Positions 20,935 to 30,725 of a stretch of DNA of 64,000 bases are shown here, piece after piece. How positions within the stretch are numbered: the first letter of the stretch is position 1; the number at the start of each line of letters is the position of its first letter. A program made the translations under genes and the position numbers. Origin of the DNA: Omnitrophica bacterium GWA2_41_15 (GTDB lineage Bacteria > Omnitrophota > Gorgyraeia > Ghiorseimicrobiales > Ghiorseimicrobiaceae); the NCBI GenBank assembly GCA_919902105.1, contig CAKKQO010000023.1, forward strand, positions 2,128 to 66,127, given 5' to 3'. Under the pieces are notes generated by a model. It was not told the origin of the DNA. It saw nothing but the letters and a program-made list of their open reading frames with translations, and did not search any database.

Positions 20935-21125
20935 TTATCTTTGGCATAATTTTAATCAGCGTAGGTTTATTGTTAACCTTCGTTAATAAAATCCCTTTTT
21001 TAGGCCGCCTGCCCGGCGATATCCTGATTAATAAGAAAAATTTCACCTTTTATTTTCCTTTTTCGACCTCAATTTTAATCAGCATCATCCTTTCAATAAT
21101 ATTTTGGCTATGGTCCCGTCGATAA
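20910..21125 (+). CDS. DUF2905 small membrane protein
   Basis: Two TM helices flanking the family signature FLGRLPGDI..NF.FYFP. Confidence 0.7.
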   Translation: MQEIGKTLIIFGIILISVGLLLTFVNKIPFLGRLPGDILINKKNFTFYFPFSTSILISIILSIIFWLWSRR

Positions 21126-22288
21126 AAAAATTTAATAATTATAAGTTACGAGTTATAAGTTTAATTATTTTTTTGTTTTTAACTTATCACTTATCACTTA
21201 TCACTTATAATTATTCCTATGCCCAGCCGCAGAAAAGCCGCAATGTGCGCGTGCTCATTCTTAAAGGGGCAGAAAAATTTGACCTCTACATCAGAGGAAA
21301 ATATGAAATACGGTCACCGGACGGGAAAAATGTTATTAAAGAGGGTAAAGGTATAAATGCGAAGGTTTATGCTGATAATAACGCGATAAATATTTCCGAT
21401 ATTCGTATAAATGAAAATAAAATTATAATCTCTCCAGAGTCAGGGATTTTTTATCTCAATAATCGCCCCTTACGCGGCGGGCTAATTGTAAAAAAAGAAA
21501 ATGACTTAACTTTATTAGTAATCAATTATTTAGATTTAGAAGATTATGTTAAAGGGGTTCTTTTCCATGAAGTTTCGCATCACTGGCCGATTGAGGCGAT
21601 TAAGGCGCAGGCAATAGCCACGCGCACGTATGTGCTTTATCAGGTAGAGGTGAGTAAAGATAAAGACTACGATGTAACCAGCGATATTTATTCGCAAGTA
21701 TATGGCGGCAAAGACGCGGAAAGATACCGTACCATTAAGGCGGCAGAGGAAACTGAAGGCGTGGTCTTAACTTGTAAAGCTAAAGTTTTTCCGGCTTATT
21801 TTCATGCTACCTGCGGCGGGAAAACCGAAGATGCAAGCGAATTATGGCAGACAGACCTGCCTGCCTTAAAAGGCGTTGATTGCGGTTTCTGTTTTAAGTC
21901 ACCGCATTTTAAATGGCAGAAGGTATTTAGCAAAGATGAGCTTATAAAAAGGTTAAATTCTTCAGGGTATCGCTTTACTTCTTTAGAGGGCATCCAAATA
22001 TTAGGCCGCGACAAATCAGGCAGAATCAGAAAACTAAAGTTAAAGTCAAAAGATGGTGACGTGTTTATTCCTGCGAAAGATTTCCGCCAGCTCGTAGGCA
22101 CAAGAGTTATCCGTTCTACTAACTTTGCTGTAAATAAATCCGCAGATAATATCTATTTTGAGGGCTTTGGCTGGGGCCATGGCGTGGGGATGTGCCAGTG
22201 GGGGGCATATTTTATGAGCATTAAAAAATATAAGTATCAGGATATCCTTAAGTTTTATTACCCCGGAGCAGAAATAGAGAAAATATGA
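21110..22288 (+). CDS. SpoIID/LytB-domain protein (peptidoglycan remodelling)
   Basis: Motifs LEDYVKGVL..E, AIKAQAIATRTY, CGG.TED, and C-terminal GHGVGMCQWGA. The N-terminal hydrophobic segment is encoded by repeat DNA, so the start is uncertain (TTG 21104 or ATG 21110). Confidence 0.85.
   Translation: MVPSIKKFNNYKLRVISLIIFLFLTYHLSLITYNYSYAQPQKSRNVRVLILKGAEKFDLYIRGKYEIRSPDGKNVIKEGKGINAKVYADNNAINISDIRINENKIIISPESGIFYLNNRPLRGGLIVKKENDLTLLVINYLDLEDYVKGVLFHEVSHHWPIEAIKAQAIATRTYVLYQVEVSKDKDYDVTSDIYSQVYGGKDAERYRTIKAAEETEGVVLTCKAKVFPAYFHATCGGKTEDASELWQTDLPALKGVDCGFCFKSPHFKWQKVFSKDELIKRLNSSGYRFTSLEGIQILGRDKSGRIRKLKLKSKDGDVFIPAKDFRQLVGTRVIRSTNFAVNKSADNIYFEGFGWGHGVGMCQWGAYFMSIKKYKYQDILKFYYPGAEIEKI
21134..21215. 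repeat. Inverted-repeat plus heptamer-tandem block at the 5' end of the SpoIID-like gene
   Basis: AATAATTATAAGT (21134-21146) pairs with ACTTATAATTATT (21203-21215). ACTTATC x3 tandem at 21182-21202. AAGTTAC GAGTTAT AAGTTTA heptamers. Confidence 0.75.
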
Positions 22289-22301
22289 AGTTTTACTAGA
22301 A

Positions 22302-22506
22302 ATATATTATGTCGTTTTCACTTAGATGCAATTTTTTAACGCAAAGGTCTTTCACAATTTCGGTGGCTGCGGAACTCGTTCTTCGGCACCTTCGTGCCAA
22401 GAATGAACTCAAACATCCTCGCCACCCCGATATAGACCATCGGGGTTCCCGCAATTCCTCAAGCTGCTTTGCTAAAATTGCAATGCGTTCAAGCGACACA
22501 ATATAT
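22302..22506 (+). repeat. About 205 nt whole-length hairpin element, family copy A
   Basis: Terminal arms ATATATTATGTCG / CGACACAATATAT. Shared core CTGCGGAACTCGTTCTTCGGCACCTTCGTGCCAAGAATGAACTCAAACAT. Internal hairpin CCCCGAT..ATCGGGG. Confidence 0.9.
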
Positions 22507-22532
22507 TTCTTCTAATAAATTAATTAAAAAAT

Positions 22533-23558
22533 ATGAAACTCTCCGATTTTGATTACAATTTGCCTAAAGAATTAATCGCTCAGTATCCGTCAAATGTGCG
22601 TGATGCCAGCCGCCTTTTGGTAGTAGATAGAAAAAATGAAAGTATTGCGCATAAAAAATTTTCCCGGATACTGGAATATTTTAATCCGGGGGACCTGCTG
22701 GTTTTAAATAACAGTAAAGTTCTGCCGGCACGTGTATTCGGCAGAAGAGAAAAAACCGGAGCAAAAATAGAATTTTTGTTAATTAAAAAAGAAGGCGGCA
22801 CTTTTTCGGTAATGGTAAAACCGGCAAAAAAATTTCAAATCGGAGAAAACATTGTTTTTGGCGAAAATAACGGCGGGCTTTATGCAAAAATAGTAGATAA
22901 AAATAAAATTGCTTTTGAGAGAGGTAATCCCGATGAAATTTATAAGCTCGGAACAATGCCGCTTCCCCCATATATTAAAAGGAATTCCGAAGGATTAGAT
23001 TTTGAAAGGTATCAGACAGTTTTTGCTAAAATTCCCGGTTCAATTGCCGCCCCAACCGCGGGGTTACATTTTAGTAAAGAGCTATTAGGCGAAATTAAGG
23101 ATAGAGCCGTAGAGGTTAACTATGTTACTTTACATGTGGGTGTGGGGACATTTAAGCCGGTAAAGACAGAAGATGTCGCTAAACATAAAATGGAGCCGGA
23201 ATTTTTTGAAATAGGCCCAGAGTTGATAGGAAGTATAAAAAAAGCAAAAAAACAAAAAGGGCGTATTTTTTCCGTAGGGACTACCAGCTGCCGTGTTATC
23301 GAAACAATAACAGAATTACCTATTGTCCATGACTTATCACCTGTAACCCATTCAGGATTTACTAATCTATTTATCTATCCCGGATATAGCTTTAAAGCGG
23401 TAGATTGCCTTTTGACTAATTTTCATTTACCTAAGACCACGCTTTTTATGCTGGTTTGCGCTTTCGCCGGCCGCGAGTTAATTATGCGGGCTTATCAGGA
23501 GGCGATAGAAGAAAAATACCGTTTCTACAGTTACGGCGATGCGATGTTGATAGTGTGA
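22533..23558 (+). CDS. queA: S-adenosylmethionine:tRNA ribosyltransferase-isomerase
   Basis: MKLSDFDY.LP..LIAQ.P, PARL-like, TAGLHF, VGTTS.R..E motifs; 341 aa. Confidence 0.95.
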   Translation: MKLSDFDYNLPKELIAQYPSNVRDASRLLVVDRKNESIAHKKFSRILEYFNPGDLLVLNNSKVLPARVFGRREKTGAKIEFLLIKKEGGTFSVMVKPAKKFQIGENIVFGENNGGLYAKIVDKNKIAFERGNPDEIYKLGTMPLPPYIKRNSEGLDFERYQTVFAKIPGSIAAPTAGLHFSKELLGEIKDRAVEVNYVTLHVGVGTFKPVKTEDVAKHKMEPEFFEIGPELIGSIKKAKKQKGRIFSVGTTSCRVIETITELPIVHDLSPVTHSGFTNLFIYPGYSFKAVDCLLTNFHLPKTTLFMLVCAFAGRELIMRAYQEAIEEKYRFYSYGDAMLIV

Positions 23559-23574
23559 CGATATTGTTGAGAAA

Positions 23575-23630
23575 CGTAAAACTGATGGAATTTCTTATTG
23601 TGTGCTTTCAGAAATTCCATCAGTTTTGCG
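23575..23630 (+). repeat. 21-bp stem hairpin after queA
   Basis: CGTAAAACTGATGGAATTTCT - 14-nt loop - AGAAATTCCATCAGTTTTGCG. The single non-Watson-Crick position is a T:G pair on the + strand. Confidence 0.85.
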
Positions 23631-23681
23631 TACCTCTATAATCTTTAACAGAGCCGAACAGGCTGATTTTGTGAGGGGGTA

Positions 23682-25850
<2,169 letters not shown>

Positions 25851-25854
<4 letters not shown>

Positions 25855-26183
25855 GTAACAAGATAGCATTATTAGAGCAATCACAATTGAGAACTGATTT
25901 ACCCAAGATTAATATCGGCGACCACATAAAGGTATATGTAAAGATACCCGAAGGAGATAAAATCCGCCTGCATCCTTTTGAAGGCACGGTCATTGCCAGA
26001 AAGGGAAGCGGCCTGTCTTCCGCCATCACAGTAAGAAAGGTGTCTTTTGGCGAAGGCGTGGAAAAAGTTTTTATGGTGCATTCTCCTTCTATCCAAAGCG
26101 TTGAGGTCGTTAGGTCGTCAAAAGTAAAACGCGCTAAACTTTATTACCTGCGTGAAAAAGTAGGCAAGAAGGCAACCCTATAA
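25851..26183 (+). CDS. rplS: 50S ribosomal protein L19
   Basis: Conserved trmD-rplS order. GD.I.V...I.EG.K.R.Q.FEG.VIA pattern. Confidence 0.95.
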
Positions 26184-26185
26184 AA

Positions 26186-26911
26186 ATGCCTAATTTACTT
26201 TATGAAAGGCAGATGCTTCGGCAGGGTTTTAGTTTTGTCGGTGGTGTAGATGAGGCAGGCCGCGGCCCTTTAGCAGGGCCGGTAGTGGCTGCCGCGGTAA
26301 TTTTAAAAAAGACAAAGTTTAAAAATAGAATTGATGATTCGAAAATACTTTCTCCTTTAGCCCGAAAGAGGGCCTATTGCGAGATAGTAGAGAATTCTTT
26401 TTTCGGGATAGGCGTTATTTCCGAAGTAATTATTGACGCAGAAAATATCTTAAAGGCGACTATCCTTGCTATGGAAAATGCCATAACCTCTTGTGTTGAT
26501 AAAATTAAAAAAAATTCTAATGTTTGTTTTTTGATAGACGGAAGAAACATAACGCTTGATATTCCCTGTAAGTTTAGGTGTATCGTTGACGGAGACGCAA
26601 AGTGCATGTCAATTTCAGCCGCCTCTATCGTTGCAAAGGTAACACGCGATCGGATTATGCAGATCTACGATAAGATTTACCCCGCATATGGTTTTAAGCA
26701 GCATAAAGGGTATGGAACGCGCGAGCATATTCTGAATTTAAAAAAAGCAGGGGCATCAGCGATACATAGAAAAACATTTTGTCCGGTCAAGCAAAATCTG
26801 CCAACTGGCGATTTCCGCCAAAGGCGGATCCGCCAAAGGCGGAAGATTTTGTGCGATGCCGCACATGCTTGTGCGGCGCAAGTAAATGTGCAATGCATAA
26901 TATTGCTTTAG
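26186..26911 (+). CDS. rnhB: Ribonuclease HII with a repeat-encoded C-terminal extension
   Basis: [25 protein letters not shown] motifs. The last roughly 30 codons (after ..FCPVKQNL) are read through hairpin repeats. Confidence 0.9.
   Translation: MPNLLYERQMLRQGFSFVGGVDEAGRGPLAGPVVAAAVILKKTKFKNRIDDSKILSPLARKRAYCEIVENSFFGIGVISEVIIDAENILKATILAMENAITSCVDKIKKNSNVCFLIDGRNITLDIPCKFRCIVDGDAKCMSISAASIVAKVTRDRIMQIYDKIYPAYGFKQHKGYGTREHILNLKKAGASAIHRKTFCPVKQNLPTGDFRQRRIRQRRKILCDAAHACAAQVNVQCIILL
26814..26880. repeat. Tandem 15-mer mini-hairpins plus a second hairpin at the rnhB/yraN junction
   Basis: TCCGCCAAAGGCGGA x2 (26814-26843), each itself a hairpin. Then GTGCGATGCCGCAC-ATGCTT-GTGCGGCGCA (26851-26880). 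Confidence 0.85.
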
Positions 26912-27258
26912 GTAAGGTTGGCGAAGACGAAGCAGCCAATTTTTTAAAGAAAAAAGGTTATAAAGTTTTGGAACGGAATTGGCGCTTGCCGAAATTCGGC
27001 GAGATAGATATAATAGCGAAAGATAAAGGCATAATCTGCTTCATTGAGGTAAAGAGACGAACGAGCAGTTTGTTCGGCTATCCTTATGAGGCGGTGGATA
27101 AAAAGAAACAATTTAAGTTATCAAGCCTCGCCCTTTCTTACCTAAAGTCAAGAAATTTAATGCAACATCGCGCGAGATTCGATATAATATCTATTTTTAA
27201 TGACGAAATCAGCCTATTCGCCAACGCCTTTAGCTTAAGCGAAAAATTTTTATATTAG
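26893..27258 (+). CDS. yraN: YraN-family (UPF0102) endonuclease-like protein
   Basis: G...E..A..FL...G...L..N.R....GEIDIIA......FIEVK.R pattern. Start set at ATG 26893 rather than 26779, because the extension is repeat-encoded. Confidence 0.8.
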   Translation: MHNIALGKVGEDEAANFLKKKGYKVLERNWRLPKFGEIDIIAKDKGIICFIEVKRRTSSLFGYPYEAVDKKKQFKLSSLALSYLKSRNLMQHRARFDIISIFNDEISLFANAFSLSEKFLY

Positions 27259-27276
27259 TGAAAGGGATAAATTAGT

Positions 27277-28971
27277 ATGCTAAGCGATATTGAGATAGCA
27301 CAGGCGGCAAAACTAAAGCCAGTCCAGAAAATAGCCGCATCTATCGGTATCAAAGAAACCGATTTGGAACTATACGGAAAGTATAAAGCTAAAGTTCTGC
27401 CCACTGCTTTAAAAAAGATAAAGACTAAAAGGCAGGCGAAATATGTTTTAGTTACAGCAATTACGCCTACGCCCTTAGGTGAGGGTAAAACCGTAACCAC
27501 TATTGGCCTATCCATGGCGCTAAATAGGATAGGCAAAAAAGCTATTGCTTGTATCCGCCAGCCGTCGCTTGGCCCAGTCTTTGGGATTAAAGGAGGGGCG
27601 GCCGGAGGCGGGTATTCGCAGGTAGTGCCGATGGAAGATTTTAACCTGCATTTAACCGGCGATGTGCATGCCGTAGGACTTGCGCATAATTTATGCGCCG
27701 CTTTTTTGGAGAACGCTTTATTCAGGAAAAAACTTAATATTGACCATAAAGCCGTTTTTTGGCGAAGAGTTCTAGATGTAAGCGACAGGTCATTACGTAA
27801 AATCAGCGTTGGTTTAGATGATAAGGTAGATGGGGTTTATCCCAGAGAGACCGGTTTTGATATTACAGTGGCGTCTGAAATAATGGCAATTTTAGCGCTT
27901 TCAAGTGATCTCCAGGATTTACGCCGTCGTCTCGGCAGGATTGTCTTAGCCAAGACTTTTGACGGTAAATATGTTACCCCTGAAGATTTAAAGGTTGCCG
28001 GCTCAATGGCAGCGCTTTTAAAAGACGCGGTGCACCCAAATTTAATGCAGACTTTGGATAATACTCCTGTCTTTGTGCATGCCGGGCCGTTTGCCAATAT
28101 CGCGCATGGAAATAGCTCTATTATCGCCGATAAAATCGCGGTAAGTTTAGCGGATTTTGTAGTAACAGAGGCAGGCTTTGGCGCAGACTGCGGGGCAGAG
28201 AAATTTTTTGATATTAAATGCCGCGTCAGCGGCCTTAAGCCGGATGCGGCAGTTTTAGTCTGCACCGTGCGCGCCTTAAAAATGCACTCTGGTAAATTTA
28301 CGGTTAAGCCGGGCAAGCCGCTTGATGAGGGATTACTCCGTGAGAATCTTCCTGCTATTAGAGAGGGTGCTGCAAACTTAGAAAAACAGATTGAGAATAT
28401 TAAAATTTTTGGTATCCCGGTTGTAGTGACGATTAACAGATTCTCCGCCGATACAGATAAAGAAATCGCCTTAATTAAAGAGATTGCCAAAAATGCCGGA
28501 GCCGAAGATGCGATAGTTAGTGATTTATTCGCCAAGGGCTCAAAAGGCGGAGAGGAATTAGCCGAGAAGATAGTTGAAGTCTCCAAGAAAAAAGCGAATT
28601 TTAAATTTCTTTATGAACTGGATAGCACGATTGAAGAAAAGATGTGGGTAATTGCTACCAAGATTTACGGGGCAAAGGATATTGATATTTCGCCGAAAGC
28701 TTTAGAACAGATAGAAGAATTTAATAAATTAGGTTTTAATGGGCTTCCTCTGTGTATGGCAAAGACGCATTTGTCGCTTTCGCATGACCCGGAATTAAAA
28801 GGACGGCCGAAAGACTTTGTCGTGCCAATCCGCGAAATAAAAGTCTCTGCGGGTGCCGGATTTTTATACGCGCTCTTAGGCGATATGCGCACTATGCCGG
28901 GGTTGCCTTCTGTTCCGGCAGGGACAAAGATAGATATTGATAAAGATGGAAAGATAGTGGGATTGTCATAA
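27277..28971 (+). CDS. fhs: Formate-tetrahydrofolate ligase
   Basis: SDIEIAQ, TPTPLGEGKTT, GIKGGAAGGGY, and PLCMAKT.LS.S near the C-terminus; 564 aa. Confidence 0.97.
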   Translation: MLSDIEIAQAAKLKPVQKIAASIGIKETDLELYGKYKAKVLPTALKKIKTKRQAKYVLVTAITPTPLGEGKTVTTIGLSMALNRIGKKAIACIRQPSLGPVFGIKGGAAGGGYSQVVPMEDFNLHLTGDVHAVGLAHNLCAAFLENALFRKKLNIDHKAVFWRRVLDVSDRSLRKISVGLDDKVDGVYPRETGFDITVASEIMAILALSSDLQDLRRRLGRIVLAKTFDGKYVTPEDLKVAGSMAALLKDAVHPNLMQTLDNTPVFVHAGPFANIAHGNSSIIADKIAVSLADFVVTEAGFGADCGAEKFFDIKCRVSGLKPDAAVLVCTVRALKMHSGKFTVKPGKPLDEGLLRENLPAIREGAANLEKQIENIKIFGIPVVVTINRFSADTDKEIALIKEIAKNAGAEDAIVSDLFAKGSKGGEELAEKIVEVSKKKANFKFLYELDSTIEEKMWVIATKIYGAKDIDISPKALEQIEEFNKLGFNGLPLCMAKTHLSLSHDPELKGRPKDFVVPIREIKVSAGAGFLYALLGDMRTMPGLPSVPAGTKIDIDKDGKIVGLS

Positions 28972-29180
28972 GATAGCTGCTGTATCATTTTCGCTCAGGT
29001 GCAATTTTTATACGCCAAGTTCTCGGCATTTTAAGCGCCTGCGTAACTCGTTCTTCGGCACTTTCGTGCCAGGAATGAACTCAAACATACTCGGCGTCCC
29101 GCTCTCTGAGCGGGATGCCTTAAAATGCCTGTGCGTGCTTGGCTAAAATTGCAATTCGCTCAAATGACACAGCAGCTATC
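28972..29180 (+). repeat. 209 nt whole-length hairpin element, family copy B
   Basis: Perfect terminal arms GATAGCTGCTGT / ACAGCAGCTATC. Sub-terminal GGCATTTTAAG / CTTAAAATGCC. Shared core CTGCGTAACTCGTTCTTCGGCACTTTCGTGCCAGGAATGAACTCAAACAT. Hairpin CCCGCTC-TCTG-AGCGGG. Confidence 0.9.
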
Positions 29181-29188
29181 TAAACAAA

Positions 29189-29662
29189 ATGATGTACAAG
29201 AATCAATCTCTTAAAAAATATCTCGATGATTTGGCGGGAAAGCTGCCCGCACCCGGAGGAGGTAGTGCCGCCGCCCTTAGCGGCGCTTTGGGTTGCGCGC
29301 TTTTGTCAATGGTATCTAACTTTACCGTTGGCAAAGAAAAATACAGGAAATACGAAAAAGAAATAAAAGGTATTTTATTAAAGTGCGAGAGTTATAGGAA
29401 AAGGTTTTTGGAGTTAGTGGATTTAGATGTTAAAACATATTCAGCTTATGCTAACGCTAAAGACAAAAAATCTAAAAGTATGGCGAAAAAAGAATCGCAG
29501 AGAGTAGCTAAAGAAATTAACTCTTTAAGTTATAAAGCAATACAATTATGTTTTCCTTTGGCGGAAAAAGGCAATATATATTTGATAAATGATGTCTTAG
29601 CCGGCGCGGAACTTTTGAGCGCCGCCTTTAATGCGGCGTTGATTAACATAGAAGCCGAATAA
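29189..29662 (+). CDS. fchA: Cyclodeaminase/cyclohydrolase-family protein (methenyl-THF cyclohydrolase FchA-like)
   Basis: LPAPGGGSAAALSGALGCALLSMV signature. Sits between fhs and folD. At 157 aa it is shorter than typical family members. Confidence 0.75.
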   Translation: MMYKNQSLKKYLDDLAGKLPAPGGGSAAALSGALGCALLSMVSNFTVGKEKYRKYEKEIKGILLKCESYRKRFLELVDLDVKTYSAYANAKDKKSKSMAKKESQRVAKEINSLSYKAIQLCFPLAEKGNIYLINDVLAGAELLSAAFNAALINIEAE

Positions 29663-29684
29663 GTCTATGGTGATAATAATTTTG

Positions 29685-29857
29685 TCCCGCCTCGCCCCTA
29701 GAAATTGCTTCGCAATTTCAGGGACTAAGTCCTCGCAATTCTTCGAATTGCAGAGGGTAAGATATGTCAAAATTCTATCATATAATTTTGACACACTCGG
29801 CGGGATCAATTCCGACATACAAGTTATGTCGCTCCGCGAGCTCCATAACTTGTGTCG
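29685..29857 (+). other. Multi-hairpin structured spacer between fchA and folD
   Basis: A 7-bp closing stem TCCCGCC (29685-29691) / GGCGGGA (29799-29805) encloses three hairpins at 29696-29723, 29732-29755 and 29766-29792. A further hairpin lies at 29813-29857 (CGACATACAAGTTATG..CATAACTTGTGTCG). Confidence 0.65.
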
Positions 29858-29874
29858 TCATTGAGAGGGTAACC

Positions 29875-30720
29875 ATGAGTGCTAAATTATTAGAAGGAAA
29901 ACCGATTGCCGAAAAAATCAAGGAAGAGATAAGAAAAGAAATTAAGACATTGGGGAGGAAGCCTGTCTTAGCCACCATTCAAGTAGGTGAGAATCCTCAA
30001 AGCACAATCTATTTGAAATCTCAAAAGAAACGGGCTCAAGAACTGGACATAGAGCTTCAAGAGCATATTCTTTTAGACTCAATAGCTGAATCGGAACTTA
30101 TAAATTATATCAGAAAATTAAATCAGGACAAAAATGTAACTGGAATACTTTTGCAACTGCCTTTACCTAGCCAGATAAATTCCAAAAATATTCCTATTCA
30201 TATCGACCCCCTAAAAGATGTAGAAGGTATGCATCCAGAAAACGTAGGCCAAGCCATTTTTGGTAAGATGAGGATTGGTTCTTGCACTGCTCTTGCGGTA
30301 ATGGAATTGATTAATGCTACAGGTGTAGACTTATATGGAAAAGAAGCAGTTATAGTGGGCCACAGCGAAATTGTGGGTAAGCCGGTTAGTCTTCTCCTCT
30401 TAGATAAACTTGCTACCACTACCACCTGCCATATTGCCACGGGCCAAAGAGGTTATCTGCCTACCCATGTCAAAAGGGCAGAGATTTTAGTAGTAGCCGT
30501 AGGAAAGCCGGGAATCATCCACGGTGAATGGGTTAAAGAGGGTGCAATTGTCATAGATGTAGGCATAAACCGCGTCAACGACAAAATCGTCGGCGATGTG
30601 GAATTTGAGAAGGCGTATGAGCGGGCAAGCTACATTACGCCTGTCCCCGGAGGAGTCGGCCCGGTAACCACCATTATGCTGATGCGTAATTTGGTTGAAT
30701 CTGCGAAGTTGCAACGATAA
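29875..30720 (+). CDS. folD: Bifunctional methylene-THF dehydrogenase / methenyl-THF cyclohydrolase
   Basis: LLEGKPIAEKI start, GILLQLPLP, VVGHSEIVGKP, PVPGGVGPVT. Start set at ATG 29875. Confidence 0.95.
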   Translation: MSAKLLEGKPIAEKIKEEIRKEIKTLGRKPVLATIQVGENPQSTIYLKSQKKRAQELDIELQEHILLDSIAESELINYIRKLNQDKNVTGILLQLPLPSQINSKNIPIHIDPLKDVEGMHPENVGQAIFGKMRIGSCTALAVMELINATGVDLYGKEAVIVGHSEIVGKPVSLLLLDKLATTTTCHIATGQRGYLPTHVKRAEILVVAVGKPGIIHGEWVKEGAIVIDVGINRVNDKIVGDVEFEKAYERASYITPVPGGVGPVTTIMLMRNLVESAKLQR

Positions 30721-30725
30721 AGTTT

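Noticed and set aside
22296-22515. A pair of 67/68-aa ORFs on both strands
   Set aside because: They coincide with hairpin element copy A. The equivalent regions of copies B and C do not keep these frames open, so they are palindrome artefacts.
27837-28586. A 249-aa ORF antisense to fhs
   Set aside because: It lies entirely inside the strongly supported fhs gene on the opposite strand. The sequence is low-complexity (S/A/K/P-rich) with no recognisable motifs, which is typical of an antisense shadow ORF.
29764-29874. A 37-codon N-terminal extension of folD
   Set aside because: It is read through the hairpin spacer. The FolD consensus begins at MSAKLLEGKPIA (ATG 29875).
29663-29874. A ZTP (pfl) or THF riboswitch upstream of folD
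   Set aside because: I could not find the conserved ZTP 3' element (CCGCCUGGG-type). The local sequence reads CCGCCTCGCCCC. I also saw no recognisable THF motif. The region is kept only as an unclassified structured spacer.
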